Position numbers and translations under genes: made by a program. This document shows positions 17,507-24,940 of a DNA stretch of 50,989 nt, one piece after another. Below the pieces are notes generated by a model, which was not told where the DNA came from, made no database searches, and saw only the letters and a list, made by a program, of their open reading frames with translations. Each line of letters begins with the position of its first letter. Position 1 is the first letter of the stretch. Source of the DNA: a virus (taxonomy: Duplodnaviria; Caudoviricetes); the IMG/VR virus record IMGVR_UViG_3300031910_001335, positions 1-50,989 of that record. One strand, written 5' to 3'.

Positions 17507-20082
17507 GGCTCGATCCCCCTCCTGTACTCGTTGGGCTTGTGGCCGGAGGCGGCGTAGCGCGGGCCCGACGAGAACATCTCAGCGCGCGCCTGCTGCACAG
17601 CCCTGGGCGCCTCGTGGCGACCGCCGCTGGACGCCGGCATCGCGTGCCTCGTGCGGCCCTGCGGCCTGCCGCTCATCTCGATGCGGTGCACGTTAGCGAC
17701 GCAGTAGCGCCAGTTCGACATGCAGTTGTGAACCAGCACGCCGTCGGCGAAGAACTCGTGAGCTTCAGCGACCGTGAGGTCGTACACCGGCTGCAGCGGG
17801 CGAGACTCGCGCTCCACAGACATGACAACGAGTTCGACCGTTGTCGATGCGCTCGAACCTCTCACCACACTCGCACTCGAACTTCTTGGGCTCCCTCTTC
17901 TTGGCGTTCCTCGAAGCTCGTGCACTTCTAACAGCGCGGTCGCCTGTCCAGCCCCAGCCCGGGTGCGTCCTCTGGTGTTCCTCTTGCGAGACGCAACGAA
18001 GCCTGGAAGGGTCGACGGTCGCAGCGTCGTCGCTGAAGAGGTGGTGCACCTCGTGGTCCTCCGGTATCGGGCCGTTGTACCACTCCCAGACCTCCCTGTG
18101 GAGGTAGCGCCACTTCCCCGCGAACTGCCGGCGGTAGTAGCGTCCATCGTAGCACTTGAAGTTGATGCCACCGAACTCGACGACGGGAAAGTCGCCCGGC
18201 GGTCTCCCAATACGACGTCCCCTGGAGCCAACTCGTCCGCCCGGACCCAGCCCGTACTTTTGACGAAGATCGGGTGGTTGGGCGTGCACACCACCATCCT
18301 ACCACTTGTACATACCTTGACGAAGTCGTCGGCGAAGCCCGTGATGCCCGCAGCTTCGACGCGCCTGTAGCCCTCCCTGGTGAGCACTTCGTCCCCCTCG
18401 ACCACGCTCTCGATGGGCACGTCACCGCGCGCGGTGCTCACCATCGTCCCCGCGGGGTGGCAGTGGTCGAAGTCGTTGACCGGAATCTCCGGGTCGTCGA
18501 CGAGCGAAGCCCTCCGCCGCGGGTAGTGCCAAGCGTTGATCTCCTCGAGGAACATCTGGCAGCGGTCGACGTCGACGAAGAACTTGCCGTCGCTGACGAG
18601 CTCGGTGACGATCTTGATGTGCTCCTTCACATCACGCGTGGTGAGGAACACGGTCGAGAGGTCGATGCCCCGAGCAGCTCCCACGTGCTTCAGCTCCAGC
18701 CGAGCCGCCTTGCCCTGAGGATCGGCGAAGCGCCTCGTGACGCGGAAGTGCCCGCCCATGTGCTTCCGCCACAGAGCTTCGCGCTCGATGATCATCTCGG
18801 CCACCTTGCCGTTGCTCACCTCCGAGACGTAGATCTCATCGAAGCACACGATCGCGCCCTCCGGCAGCTTCACCGGCTCGTCGCCCTCGTGGTAGGGCTC
18901 GGCCTCCACCATGTACCGTAGCAGCTGGTACCAGTTCACAGCGTGCGGGTTGGTGCCACCGAAGTCGATCGACATGAAGATCGGCCCGTTGCCCATCTCC
19001 GGCTCCCAGCGTCGGACGCCGTTCGCCTCCTGCGAGAACATCGGCACGACGAGGCCCTCGGTCGACGGGCGGATGCACTCCTGCTGCGCCTCCCAGATCG
19101 GCCTGCTGTCTGCCTGGAACGTCTTGTGCACGTCCTGCAACGGGATCCACCCCTGCGAGCGAGCCAACCTGCCCTTGCACACGTCCGAGAAGCGTCGCAT
19201 CGTTCCGTCGTCCCAGTGGCCCTTCACGACCTTGTCGCACTTGCAGCGGTCCGCCTCGGAGAGGCCCGGGTGAGCGCGTTGGCAGTTGGGCACGCACTTC
19301 GCAGTCTCGAAGATGCACCAGCTGTAGAGCTTGTACGGCGGCTGAAGCTGCTGCCTCTCGGCCTCGACGCAGGAGTCGATCAGCTTCTGCATCATGCCGT
19401 GTTGCCTCTTTCGCGTGGACGTGATGATGTCCTGTGCAGCGATGCCATCCTTCGACTGGCTCATGTTGCGCGACTCGTCGAACACCTCCGGGTCGGCCAG
19501 CTCCACCTCGTCGAAGTGCACCTTCTGCGGGTGAGGGCCGTTGACCGCGTTGACCGTCCCGCCGAGGACCTCCAGCTTGGAGCTGTTCTTCCAGCGAGTC
19601 TCGAGCATGATCGAGCTCTCGATCTCCGGGTTGTCGTTCGGGTTGGAGACGCCGCCCTCGATAGCGAGCAGCTTCAGAACGTGCTGGTACGCCCTGCGCG
19701 CCTGAGCCTCGATCGCGCCGACCGACGCGGACTCGCAGCCGGGCTTGAACTTCGCGTTGAGCACGTGGAGGATCGCCGCGATGAACGTCTTGGCGCCGCC
19801 GCGGTTCGCCATGGCGATGGCGGCCAGCACGTCCTCGAAGTACACGTCCGCGAGGAAATCGAAGGGAGCGCAGTGGTCGGGGCACACCGCGACCCGCGGG
19901 ATGTCCGCTCGCAGGTGCGCCTTCACCCAAGTGTGCAGCTCGTCGCGGGTCATGGGACCGGCGAGCCGAGCCCTGCGCTCCACGGCCGTGGCTGTGCGGG
20001 CGAGCTCGACGAGCTCGTCGGTCTTCAGCCTCGACAGCTGAGCGACGAGTGCGTCGTAGCGCTCATCAGTCGACGTCGCCAG
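17503..20082 (-). CDS. terL: terminase large subunit containing an intein
   Basis: ANRGGAKT (Walker A), VHFDEVE (Walker B), SIDFGGTNPHA, FADPQG, NDFDH|CMSNWRY; start either GTG 19983 or CTG 20082. Confidence 0.9.
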   Translation of the reverse strand: MATSTDERYDALVAQLSRLKTDELVELARTATAVERRARLAGPMTRDELHTWVKAHLRADIPRVAVCPDHCAPFDFLADVYFEDVLAAIAMANRGGAKTFIAAILHVLNAKFKPGCESASVGAIEAQARRAYQHVLKLLAIEGGVSNPNDNPEIESSIMLETRWKNSSKLEVLGGTVNAVNGPHPQKVHFDEVELADPEVFDESRNMSQSKDGIAAQDIITSTRKRQHGMMQKLIDSCVEAERQQLQPPYKLYSWCIFETAKCVPNCQRAHPGLSEADRCKCDKVVKGHWDDGTMRRFSDVCKGRLARSQGWIPLQDVHKTFQADSRPIWEAQQECIRPSTEGLVVPMFSQEANGVRRWEPEMGNGPIFMSIDFGGTNPHAVNWYQLLRYMVEAEPYHEGDEPVKLPEGAIVCFDEIYVSEVSNGKVAEMIIEREALWRKHMGGHFRVTRRFADPQGKAARLELKHVGAARGIDLSTVFLTTRDVKEHIKIVTELVSDGKFFVDVDRCQMFLEEINAWHYPRRRASLVDDPEIPVNDFDHCHPAGTMVSTARGDVPIESVVEGDEVLTREGYRRVEAAGITGFADDFVKVCTSGRMVVCTPNHPIFVKSTGWVRADELAPGDVVLGDRRATFPSSSSVASTSSATMDATTAGSSRGSGATSTGRSGSGTTARYRRTTRCTTSSATTLRPSTLPGFVASRKRNTRGRTRAGAGQATALLEVHELRGTPRRGSPRSSSASVVRGSSASTTVELVVMSVERESRPLQPVYDLTVAEAHEFFADGVLVHNCMSNWRYCVANVHRIEMSGRPQGRTRHAMPASSGGRHEAPRAVQQARAEMFSSGPRYAASGHKPNEYRRGIEP
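17725..18462 (-). mobile_element. intein (246 aa) in the TerL nuclease domain
   Basis: N-terminal CHPAGTMVST..PIESVVEGDEVLT; block B CTPNHPIFV; C-terminal VYDLTVAEAHEFFADGVLVHN followed by Cys+1. Confidence 0.92.
17765..18289 (-). CDS. HNH homing endonuclease nested out-of-frame within the intein
   Basis: YLHREVWEWYNGPIPEDHEVHH..LRCVSQEEHQRTH (HNH_3-like) plus C-terminal CECG..CHVC Zn ribbon; -1 frame relative to the intein. Confidence 0.8.
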   Translation of the reverse strand: MHAQPPDLRQKYGLGPGGRVGSRGRRIGRPPGDFPVVEFGGINFKCYDGRYYRRQFAGKWRYLHREVWEWYNGPIPEDHEVHHLFSDDAATVDPSRLRCVSQEEHQRTHPGWGWTGDRAVRSARASRNAKKREPKKFECECGERFERIDNGRTRCHVCGARVSPAAAGVRPHGR

Positions 20083-20500
20083 CTTCGATCTCCTCGGCGT
20101 GTCCCTCCAGCACCGGGCTGCTGATCACCCCGGCGTCGAAGAGCTTGGTGAGCCTGTCCGCGAGGACGCCGATGAGCTGGTCGCGGTGCATGCCCTCCAG
20201 CGCCTTCTCCTCGTCGATTCGCATGCGTTCCTCGCGTTCCTCCACAGCGAGCCAGTCACGAGCAGCCTGCAAGCGGCTGCTGATCGGGACGTTCTCTCCG
20301 ATCCCGTCCTTGAACACCTGAACGATCTTCGCTGCGTTCTTCTCAGCCTCCTCGGCTACGAGCTCGGACGCTCGCTTCTTCCGTGGCCGACCGCTCCCGG
20401 GCTGCGGTCCCCCGAAGCGGCCGGCCGCGTGTAGCTCCTGCGCTACCCGTCGACGCCTCTCGCGCTCCTCGTCGCTCAGCTGCAGCGCGCGGCGAGGCAC
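20066..20500 (-). CDS. terS: terminase small subunit (probable)
   Basis: GGPQPGSGRPRKK motif, helical protein, immediately upstream of TerL. Confidence 0.7.
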   Translation of the reverse strand: MPRRALQLSDEERERRRRVAQELHAAGRFGGPQPGSGRPRKKRASELVAEEAEKNAAKIVQVFKDGIGENVPISSRLQAARDWLAVEEREERMRIDEEKALEGMHRDQLIGVLADRLTKLFDAGVISSPVLEGHAEEIEAGDVD

Positions 20501-20503
20501 GGG

Positions 20504-20692
20504 CTACTTCTGGTCGCCGTGGCTGTACGGGTCCGGGCTCTTACCGGTGAACGAGCCCTGCTGAGCCGGCCCGTCTTGCTTCGACGGGTCGAAGTTCGGG
20601 CTCCCGACCGCCGTCAGCGTCCCCGCCTTGCGGTGGTCGAGGTCGACGCCGGAGACCGTGCCAGCAGTGCTCGGATCGCGTGGATCTGCCAT
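20504..20692 (-). CDS. small hypothetical protein
   Basis: GGAGGT RBS; 62 aa. Confidence 0.6.
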   Translation of the reverse strand: MADPRDPSTAGTVSGVDLDHRKAGTLTAVGSPNFDPSKQDGPAQQGSFTGKSPDPYSHGDQK

Positions 20693-20720
20693 CTCTACCT
20701 CCGTCCGTTGAACCCACTCA

Positions 20721-21206
20721 TCATAACGTTATGCCGTCCTCTAGCTCGTCCGGCCACAGCCAGAAGCGGTCGTCGATGACGCACCCTCGCTTCTTCAGCT
20801 CCCGGATCACCCGGTCACGTGGCCACTTCGGGTTGGCGTACACCGGGATCACGCTGCCGATGAGGAAGCCGCACTTCATCGCGATGGCTAAGCCGTCCGC
20901 GATGGACAGCTGCACAGCGATCACGCGACGCTGCGTGATCATCGTGAGCTCCTTGTACGTGACCTCGCCCTGCTCGCAGAGGTACCTAGCGGCGCCGTAG
21001 TGCAGGAGAGCTCTGTGGCCGAAGGGCGCCGGGTGCAAGGGCTTGTTCGGCGGGTGCTCGATCTGGTGCCGCTCGGTCCACGTGTCTATCAGCTCCGCCA
21101 TCGGCGGCGCGGGCACGACTAGCGGCTCTGGTGCTCTCCTGGGTGCGCGTTTGCTGCTCCCCGCCCGAGAGTACCTGCTAAGGTCGAATGCCGGTGACTG
21201 GGGCAC
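20721..21206 (-). CDS. hypothetical protein
   Basis: 161-aa ORF at the head of the leftward arm, just downstream of a TGTTATGAT -10-like element. Confidence 0.6.
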   Translation of the reverse strand: MPQSPAFDLSRYSRAGSSKRAPRRAPEPLVVPAPPMAELIDTWTERHQIEHPPNKPLHPAPFGHRALLHYGAARYLCEQGEVTYKELTMITQRRVIAVQLSIADGLAIAMKCGFLIGSVIPVYANPKWPRDRVIRELKKRGCVIDDRFWLWPDELEDGITL

Positions 21207-21213
21207 CAGACGA

Positions 21214-21283
21214 TGAGATCATAACAACAGCACCCTGTGGCGGGAGAACCGGCTGATGCCGGCCGAGGCATGATATAATGACA
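21214..21283. promoter_or_regulatory. divergent promoter pair separating the two arms
   Basis: minus strand TGTTATGAT (21218-21226); plus strand TGATATAATGACA (21271-21283). Confidence 0.7.
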
Positions 21284-21324
21284 ACGACCTCTGAAAGCTG
21301 CGTCAGGAAAGGGGGTGATCTACG

Positions 21325-22317
21325 ATGGGCGCAGAGATGGCACACAAGGACTTCCGACGCATCCTCCGCAAGCTGCAAGACGAGGGCGCCACGGTCGGCC
21401 GCGTCATCGCCGGTGGGAAGGCGATCGACGTGATGTCGCCGGGCGGGCAACTGCTGATCCGGCTGCCGGGCAAGAAGGGCAGCGTGGAGCACGGCCTCGT
21501 GCAGCGCGTGGAGGAGGAACTGAAACGCATGGGCTACCTACAAGAACGGAAGGAGCGCATGCGTGTGACGTTCACCCGGGAGTCAGACGACATGCGACGG
21601 GGCCGCGTGACCGAGAAGAGCCCCGAGGCTGAGCCGGCTGGTGACGAGCCGGTGAGGACCGACCGGAGTCCACGTCACGTGGGAGTGATCCAGGTGGGAA
21701 AAGGCCGTACACGGGGTCCCCAGCCCCAAGCGGGTCCGCCGCGCGGACGCTACTACTACCAGCGCGAGTGGGCAGGGCGCGTGCGCCACGAGGTGGAGCG
21801 CGTGCTGAAGACGGGCGTCACGAAGCGGGACTTCGTCGAGTGGGCGATCATGGTCGCCGACGAGAAGGGCATCCCGTTCCCGACGTACCGTGGGAGCGAC
21901 CCGAATGGCGAGCGCGACGCCGACCGCATCCTCCGAGCGCTGGAGTACCTGCTCCGGCGTAACGGCGGCGGGACGTCTCGAACGCTTCGCTTCTTCGAGA
22001 TCGCGGCCGAGGAGCACTTCGGCGAGCGGCGTAGCCTCAAGGTGGAGGACATCGCCGGCGAACCGGAGCCGACACCGGAGCCGAAGCCGAAGAAGGAAGT
22101 GCCGGTGCCGGAGCCGGTCGGCCTGGCGGTCACGGACGAGGAGTTCGAGGCCAAGTTCGGCCGCACACGAAGCGAGGCGGAGCTGATCCGCGAGCGGCGG
22201 AACGATCCGGACGCTGCCGTGCGTCGGCGGTACGTCGAGCTCCTGATCTCCAAGCTGGAGGCGGGAGATGGCGACGCCGACGAGCTGATGGAGCGCATCG
22301 AGCGGCTGCTCGGGTAG
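21325..22317 (+). CDS. protein with N-terminal HicA-like fold and putative DNA-binding helical region
   Basis: KDFRRILRKLQDEGATV..GGKAIDVMSPGGQLLIRLPG..VEEELKRMG follows the HicA alpha-beta-beta-beta-alpha pattern. Confidence 0.5.
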   Translation: MGAEMAHKDFRRILRKLQDEGATVGRVIAGGKAIDVMSPGGQLLIRLPGKKGSVEHGLVQRVEEELKRMGYLQERKERMRVTFTRESDDMRRGRVTEKSPEAEPAGDEPVRTDRSPRHVGVIQVGKGRTRGPQPQAGPPRGRYYYQREWAGRVRHEVERVLKTGVTKRDFVEWAIMVADEKGIPFPTYRGSDPNGERDADRILRALEYLLRRNGGGTSRTLRFFEIAAEEHFGERRSLKVEDIAGEPEPTPEPKPKKEVPVPEPVGLAVTDEEFEAKFGRTRSEAELIRERRNDPDAAVRRRYVELLISKLEAGDGDADELMERIERLLG

Positions 22318-22324
22318 AGGGCGG

Positions 22325-22355
22325 GGGAGGTCGGAGAGTGCACGTCCGGCCTCCC
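22325..22355 (+). terminator. GC-rich hairpin, putative intrinsic terminator
   Basis: GGGAGGTCGGA / TCCGGCCTCCC 11-bp stem just after stop 22317; weak U tract. Confidence 0.45.
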
Positions 22356-22371
22356 TGTGCCTTGTGCCCGA

Positions 22372-22384
22372 TGGTATAATGACA
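22372..22384 (+). promoter_or_regulatory. extended -10 promoter TGGTATAATGACA
   Basis: copy of the repeated motif upstream of the ligase. Confidence 0.75.
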
Positions 22385-22421
22385 CTATCGGCACTCGCTG
22401 CCGCTATCCCAGGAGGAAGTC

Positions 22422-23351
22422 GTGGAGATCAAGGAGGCACAGCTCCGAGCCATGAACTGCGGAGCCATCACGGACGTGAGCGAGCTGAAGGGCGACCTCA
22501 GCCGCTTCACGATGGAGCCCAAGTTCGACGGGTTCCGGCTCATCGCCCACGTCACGGACGAGGGCGTGCGCTTCTACACGCGCGCGATGAAGGAACAGGT
22601 CGGCAAGCTCCCGCACATCGCGGAGCTGCTGGCCAAGGCGTACCCCGCCGGCACGGTCATCGACGGCGAGATCATCGCGCTCGAGGCGTACGAGGACGAG
22701 GACGGGTTCGAGCGGGTGCGCAACAACTTCGAGCACGTGCAGAGCGTGATGCTCAGCAAGGGCACGGAGCACCTGCTGAAGAACAAGGCCAAGCCGCTGA
22801 CCTACGCGCAGTTCGACTGCACGTTCTTCAACGGAGCCGACATCCGCAGCGAGCCGCTGACCGTTCGACGGAACACGCTGAAGCCGTGCGGCGCGTGGGT
22901 CACGGTCACGGCGACGTGGCCCGCCGAGCAGACGATCTACGAGGCGCTCTGCGAAATGGGCTTCGAGGGCGCGGTCGTGAAGAGCGAGGTGGCGCCCTAC
23001 GTCAACGGCTCTCGCGGCAAGGGCTGGTGGAAGATGAAGAAGCAAGACACCGTCGACGTCATCATCACCGGCTACCAGCCTGGCCGCGGAAAGTTCGCCG
23101 GGCTGGTGGGCGCGGTGAAGTTCGGACAGCCGTGCCCGAAGACCGGCGAGATCATCGAGCGCGGCCAGGCGTCCGGCATGGATGACGCAGAACGAAGGGA
23201 GATGACGCAGAACGCCGACGCACTGATCGGCACGGTGATCTCCGTAGCCCACATGGGGATCATGGCATCTGGCATCAAGTTCCGGCATCCCCAGTTCAAG
23301 ATGATGCGCCCTGACAAACCGGCGAACGAAGTCGTGTGGGACAACGGCTGA
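22422..23351 (+). CDS. ATP-dependent DNA ligase
   Basis: EPKFDGFR (motif I), IDGEI, QFD, FEGAVVK, WWKMK, OB-fold ending FRHPQF..RPDK. Confidence 0.93.
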   Translation: MEIKEAQLRAMNCGAITDVSELKGDLSRFTMEPKFDGFRLIAHVTDEGVRFYTRAMKEQVGKLPHIAELLAKAYPAGTVIDGEIIALEAYEDEDGFERVRNNFEHVQSVMLSKGTEHLLKNKAKPLTYAQFDCTFFNGADIRSEPLTVRRNTLKPCGAWVTVTATWPAEQTIYEALCEMGFEGAVVKSEVAPYVNGSRGKGWWKMKKQDTVDVIITGYQPGRGKFAGLVGAVKFGQPCPKTGEIIERGQASGMDDAERREMTQNADALIGTVISVAHMGIMASGIKFRHPQFKMMRPDKPANEVVWDNG

Positions 23352-23373
23352 TGCCGACGACGAGAGGAGGCAC

Positions 23374-23574
23374 GTGATGGCGAAGGCGATCCAGAGCAGT
23401 GCGACGGTGGGCGAGCAGCCCACGGTCTGCGAGCACTGCGGCAGCACGCGGCTGGTGAGCATCGGCCTCGTGGCACCGAAGTGCGAGGACTGCGGGCGCT
23501 TCACGCTGACGCACCTGACGTGGAGCAAGCCCGAAGAGGTGGAAGTCGACATCCGCATCGTGGAGGAGCAGTGA
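23374..23574 (+). CDS. small Zn-ribbon protein
   Basis: CEHC..CEDC; GAGGAGG RBS. Confidence 0.65.
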   Translation: MMAKAIQSSATVGEQPTVCEHCGSTRLVSIGLVAPKCEDCGRFTLTHLTWSKPEEVEVDIRIVEEQ

Positions 23575-24626
23575 GCGACGCACAGCATAGCAAGCTGATG
23601 GTGGCGGGCGTCACGCCCGACGGCGAGCACCACGAGCTCGGGGCGCTGTCGCTGCAGATGCAGCCGTGCCCGTACTGTGAGGGCACGGGCGACGAGGACC
23701 TGCCCTACACGGCAGACGTGCAGATCGCAGCCAGCGAGGCGAAGCAGCCGATCCCGGAGGGCAAGTGCAGAGCGTGCGCCGGCGACGGTAAGGTGCCCAC
23801 GCTGACGAGCCTCAAGACGACGCTGCGCAGGGTCGACGAGCTCGTGGCGCAGGACCGCTACCAGCGTGAAGCCGACGTGTACGTGCTCAACCGCTGTTGG
23901 ATCATCCTCGCGGGAAGCGAGGACGAGTTCGCCGAGGCGGTGGGCCGGCTGGGCGACAAGTGGAAGGGGATGCTGCGCTCGTTCGCGAAAGCGAGGGTGA
24001 AGAAGCCCGAACAGGCGAAGGAGGGGATGCTCAAGGTGCAGCAGGACTTCCTCGACGGCATCGAAGTCGTCGTGCGGCAGCTCTGCGAAGAGGAACCGGA
24101 GACGTACATGCCCGAGGGCGTCACCGAGATCCCGAAGGGCCTCGACGCTGTGCAGATCCTCATCGACGAGTCGACCCGCCGCATCGAGGAGGTGGACAAG
24201 AAGCTCGACAACGTCGAGCAGATCAGGGGCGGGCTCGAGTACATCGCTGACCTCGTGAGGAAGGGAAACGAGGCGCGGCGCCTCGCCGACGAAGCCAAGC
24301 CGAAGCCGGTCGTCGAGGGCATCACGCCGGTCGTCGACAAGTGCGACTGCGGCAAGGCCGCCAAGCTCTGGGACGAGCAGGGAAAGGGCTTCTGCAAGCG
24401 TCACGGGAGGCACCTCACCGAGACGAAGGAGGAGGACGTGGACGAGAAGGACCCGCTGATCGAGGCGATCGAGCTGGCCAAGCGAAAGGGCAAGTTCATC
24501 GAGGCCGCTGTGTGTCCCATCTGCGGCGGCGAGGCGACGTCGTTCAGAGACGAGCTCTCGGTGGTCGAGCACGCGCAGAGCGGGCTCTGCCAGAAGTGCC
24601 AGGACGAGGTGTTCAGCAAGGGCTGA
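23571..24626 (+). CDS. multi-zinc-finger coiled-coil protein
   Basis: CPYCEGTG/CRACAGDG (DnaJ-like repeats), CDCG..CKRH, and CPICG..FRDELS..SGLCQKCQD. Confidence 0.65.
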   Translation: MSDAQHSKLMVAGVTPDGEHHELGALSLQMQPCPYCEGTGDEDLPYTADVQIAASEAKQPIPEGKCRACAGDGKVPTLTSLKTTLRRVDELVAQDRYQREADVYVLNRCWIILAGSEDEFAEAVGRLGDKWKGMLRSFAKARVKKPEQAKEGMLKVQQDFLDGIEVVVRQLCEEEPETYMPEGVTEIPKGLDAVQILIDESTRRIEEVDKKLDNVEQIRGGLEYIADLVRKGNEARRLADEAKPKPVVEGITPVVDKCDCGKAAKLWDEQGKGFCKRHGRHLTETKEEDVDEKDPLIEAIELAKRKGKFIEAAVCPICGGEATSFRDELSVVEHAQSGLCQKCQDEVFSKG

Positions 24627-24635
24627 GTCAGAGCG

Positions 24636-24870
24636 GTTGCGTGCGTGCGTGCGCACGCGTGTGTGCGCAAGACCCGTAGACGTCCTTGTCTGCTTCGTTT
24701 CTGTCTCTCTGTTTCTAGCTTCTAAGGTTCTTCGCGTGCATCACCTGCGCGCACACCCGGGGACGAGCACGTGCACACGGGGACGAGCACGCGTGACGAG
24801 CACGCATGCACACGTGGACGAGCCTGCGTATCCCGCGGATGCGCACGCGCGTGTGCACGTGACTCCGCGC
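24636..24870. repeat. putative replication origin: alternating purine-pyrimidine tracts, T-rich segment and iteron-like repeats
   Basis: GACGAGCACG at 24762, 24782 and 24795, GACGAGCCTG at 24817; (GCGT)n tracts; pyrimidine-rich 24683-24733; longest non-coding gap, upstream of the helicase. Confidence 0.6.
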
Positions 24871-24940
24871 GGTTATCATGACAACAACCAGACCTCGCGT
24901 CGATGTTATGATTTCAACAGTAGGAAGGGAGGAGCGTGAC

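Noticed and set aside
17928-18425. Third-frame ORF inside the intein
   Set aside because: No motifs, unlike the HNH frame; treated as a chance open frame
24755-24830. GACGAGCACG repeats as a mini CRISPR array
   Set aside because: Repeats are 10 bp with 3-12 bp gaps, far too short
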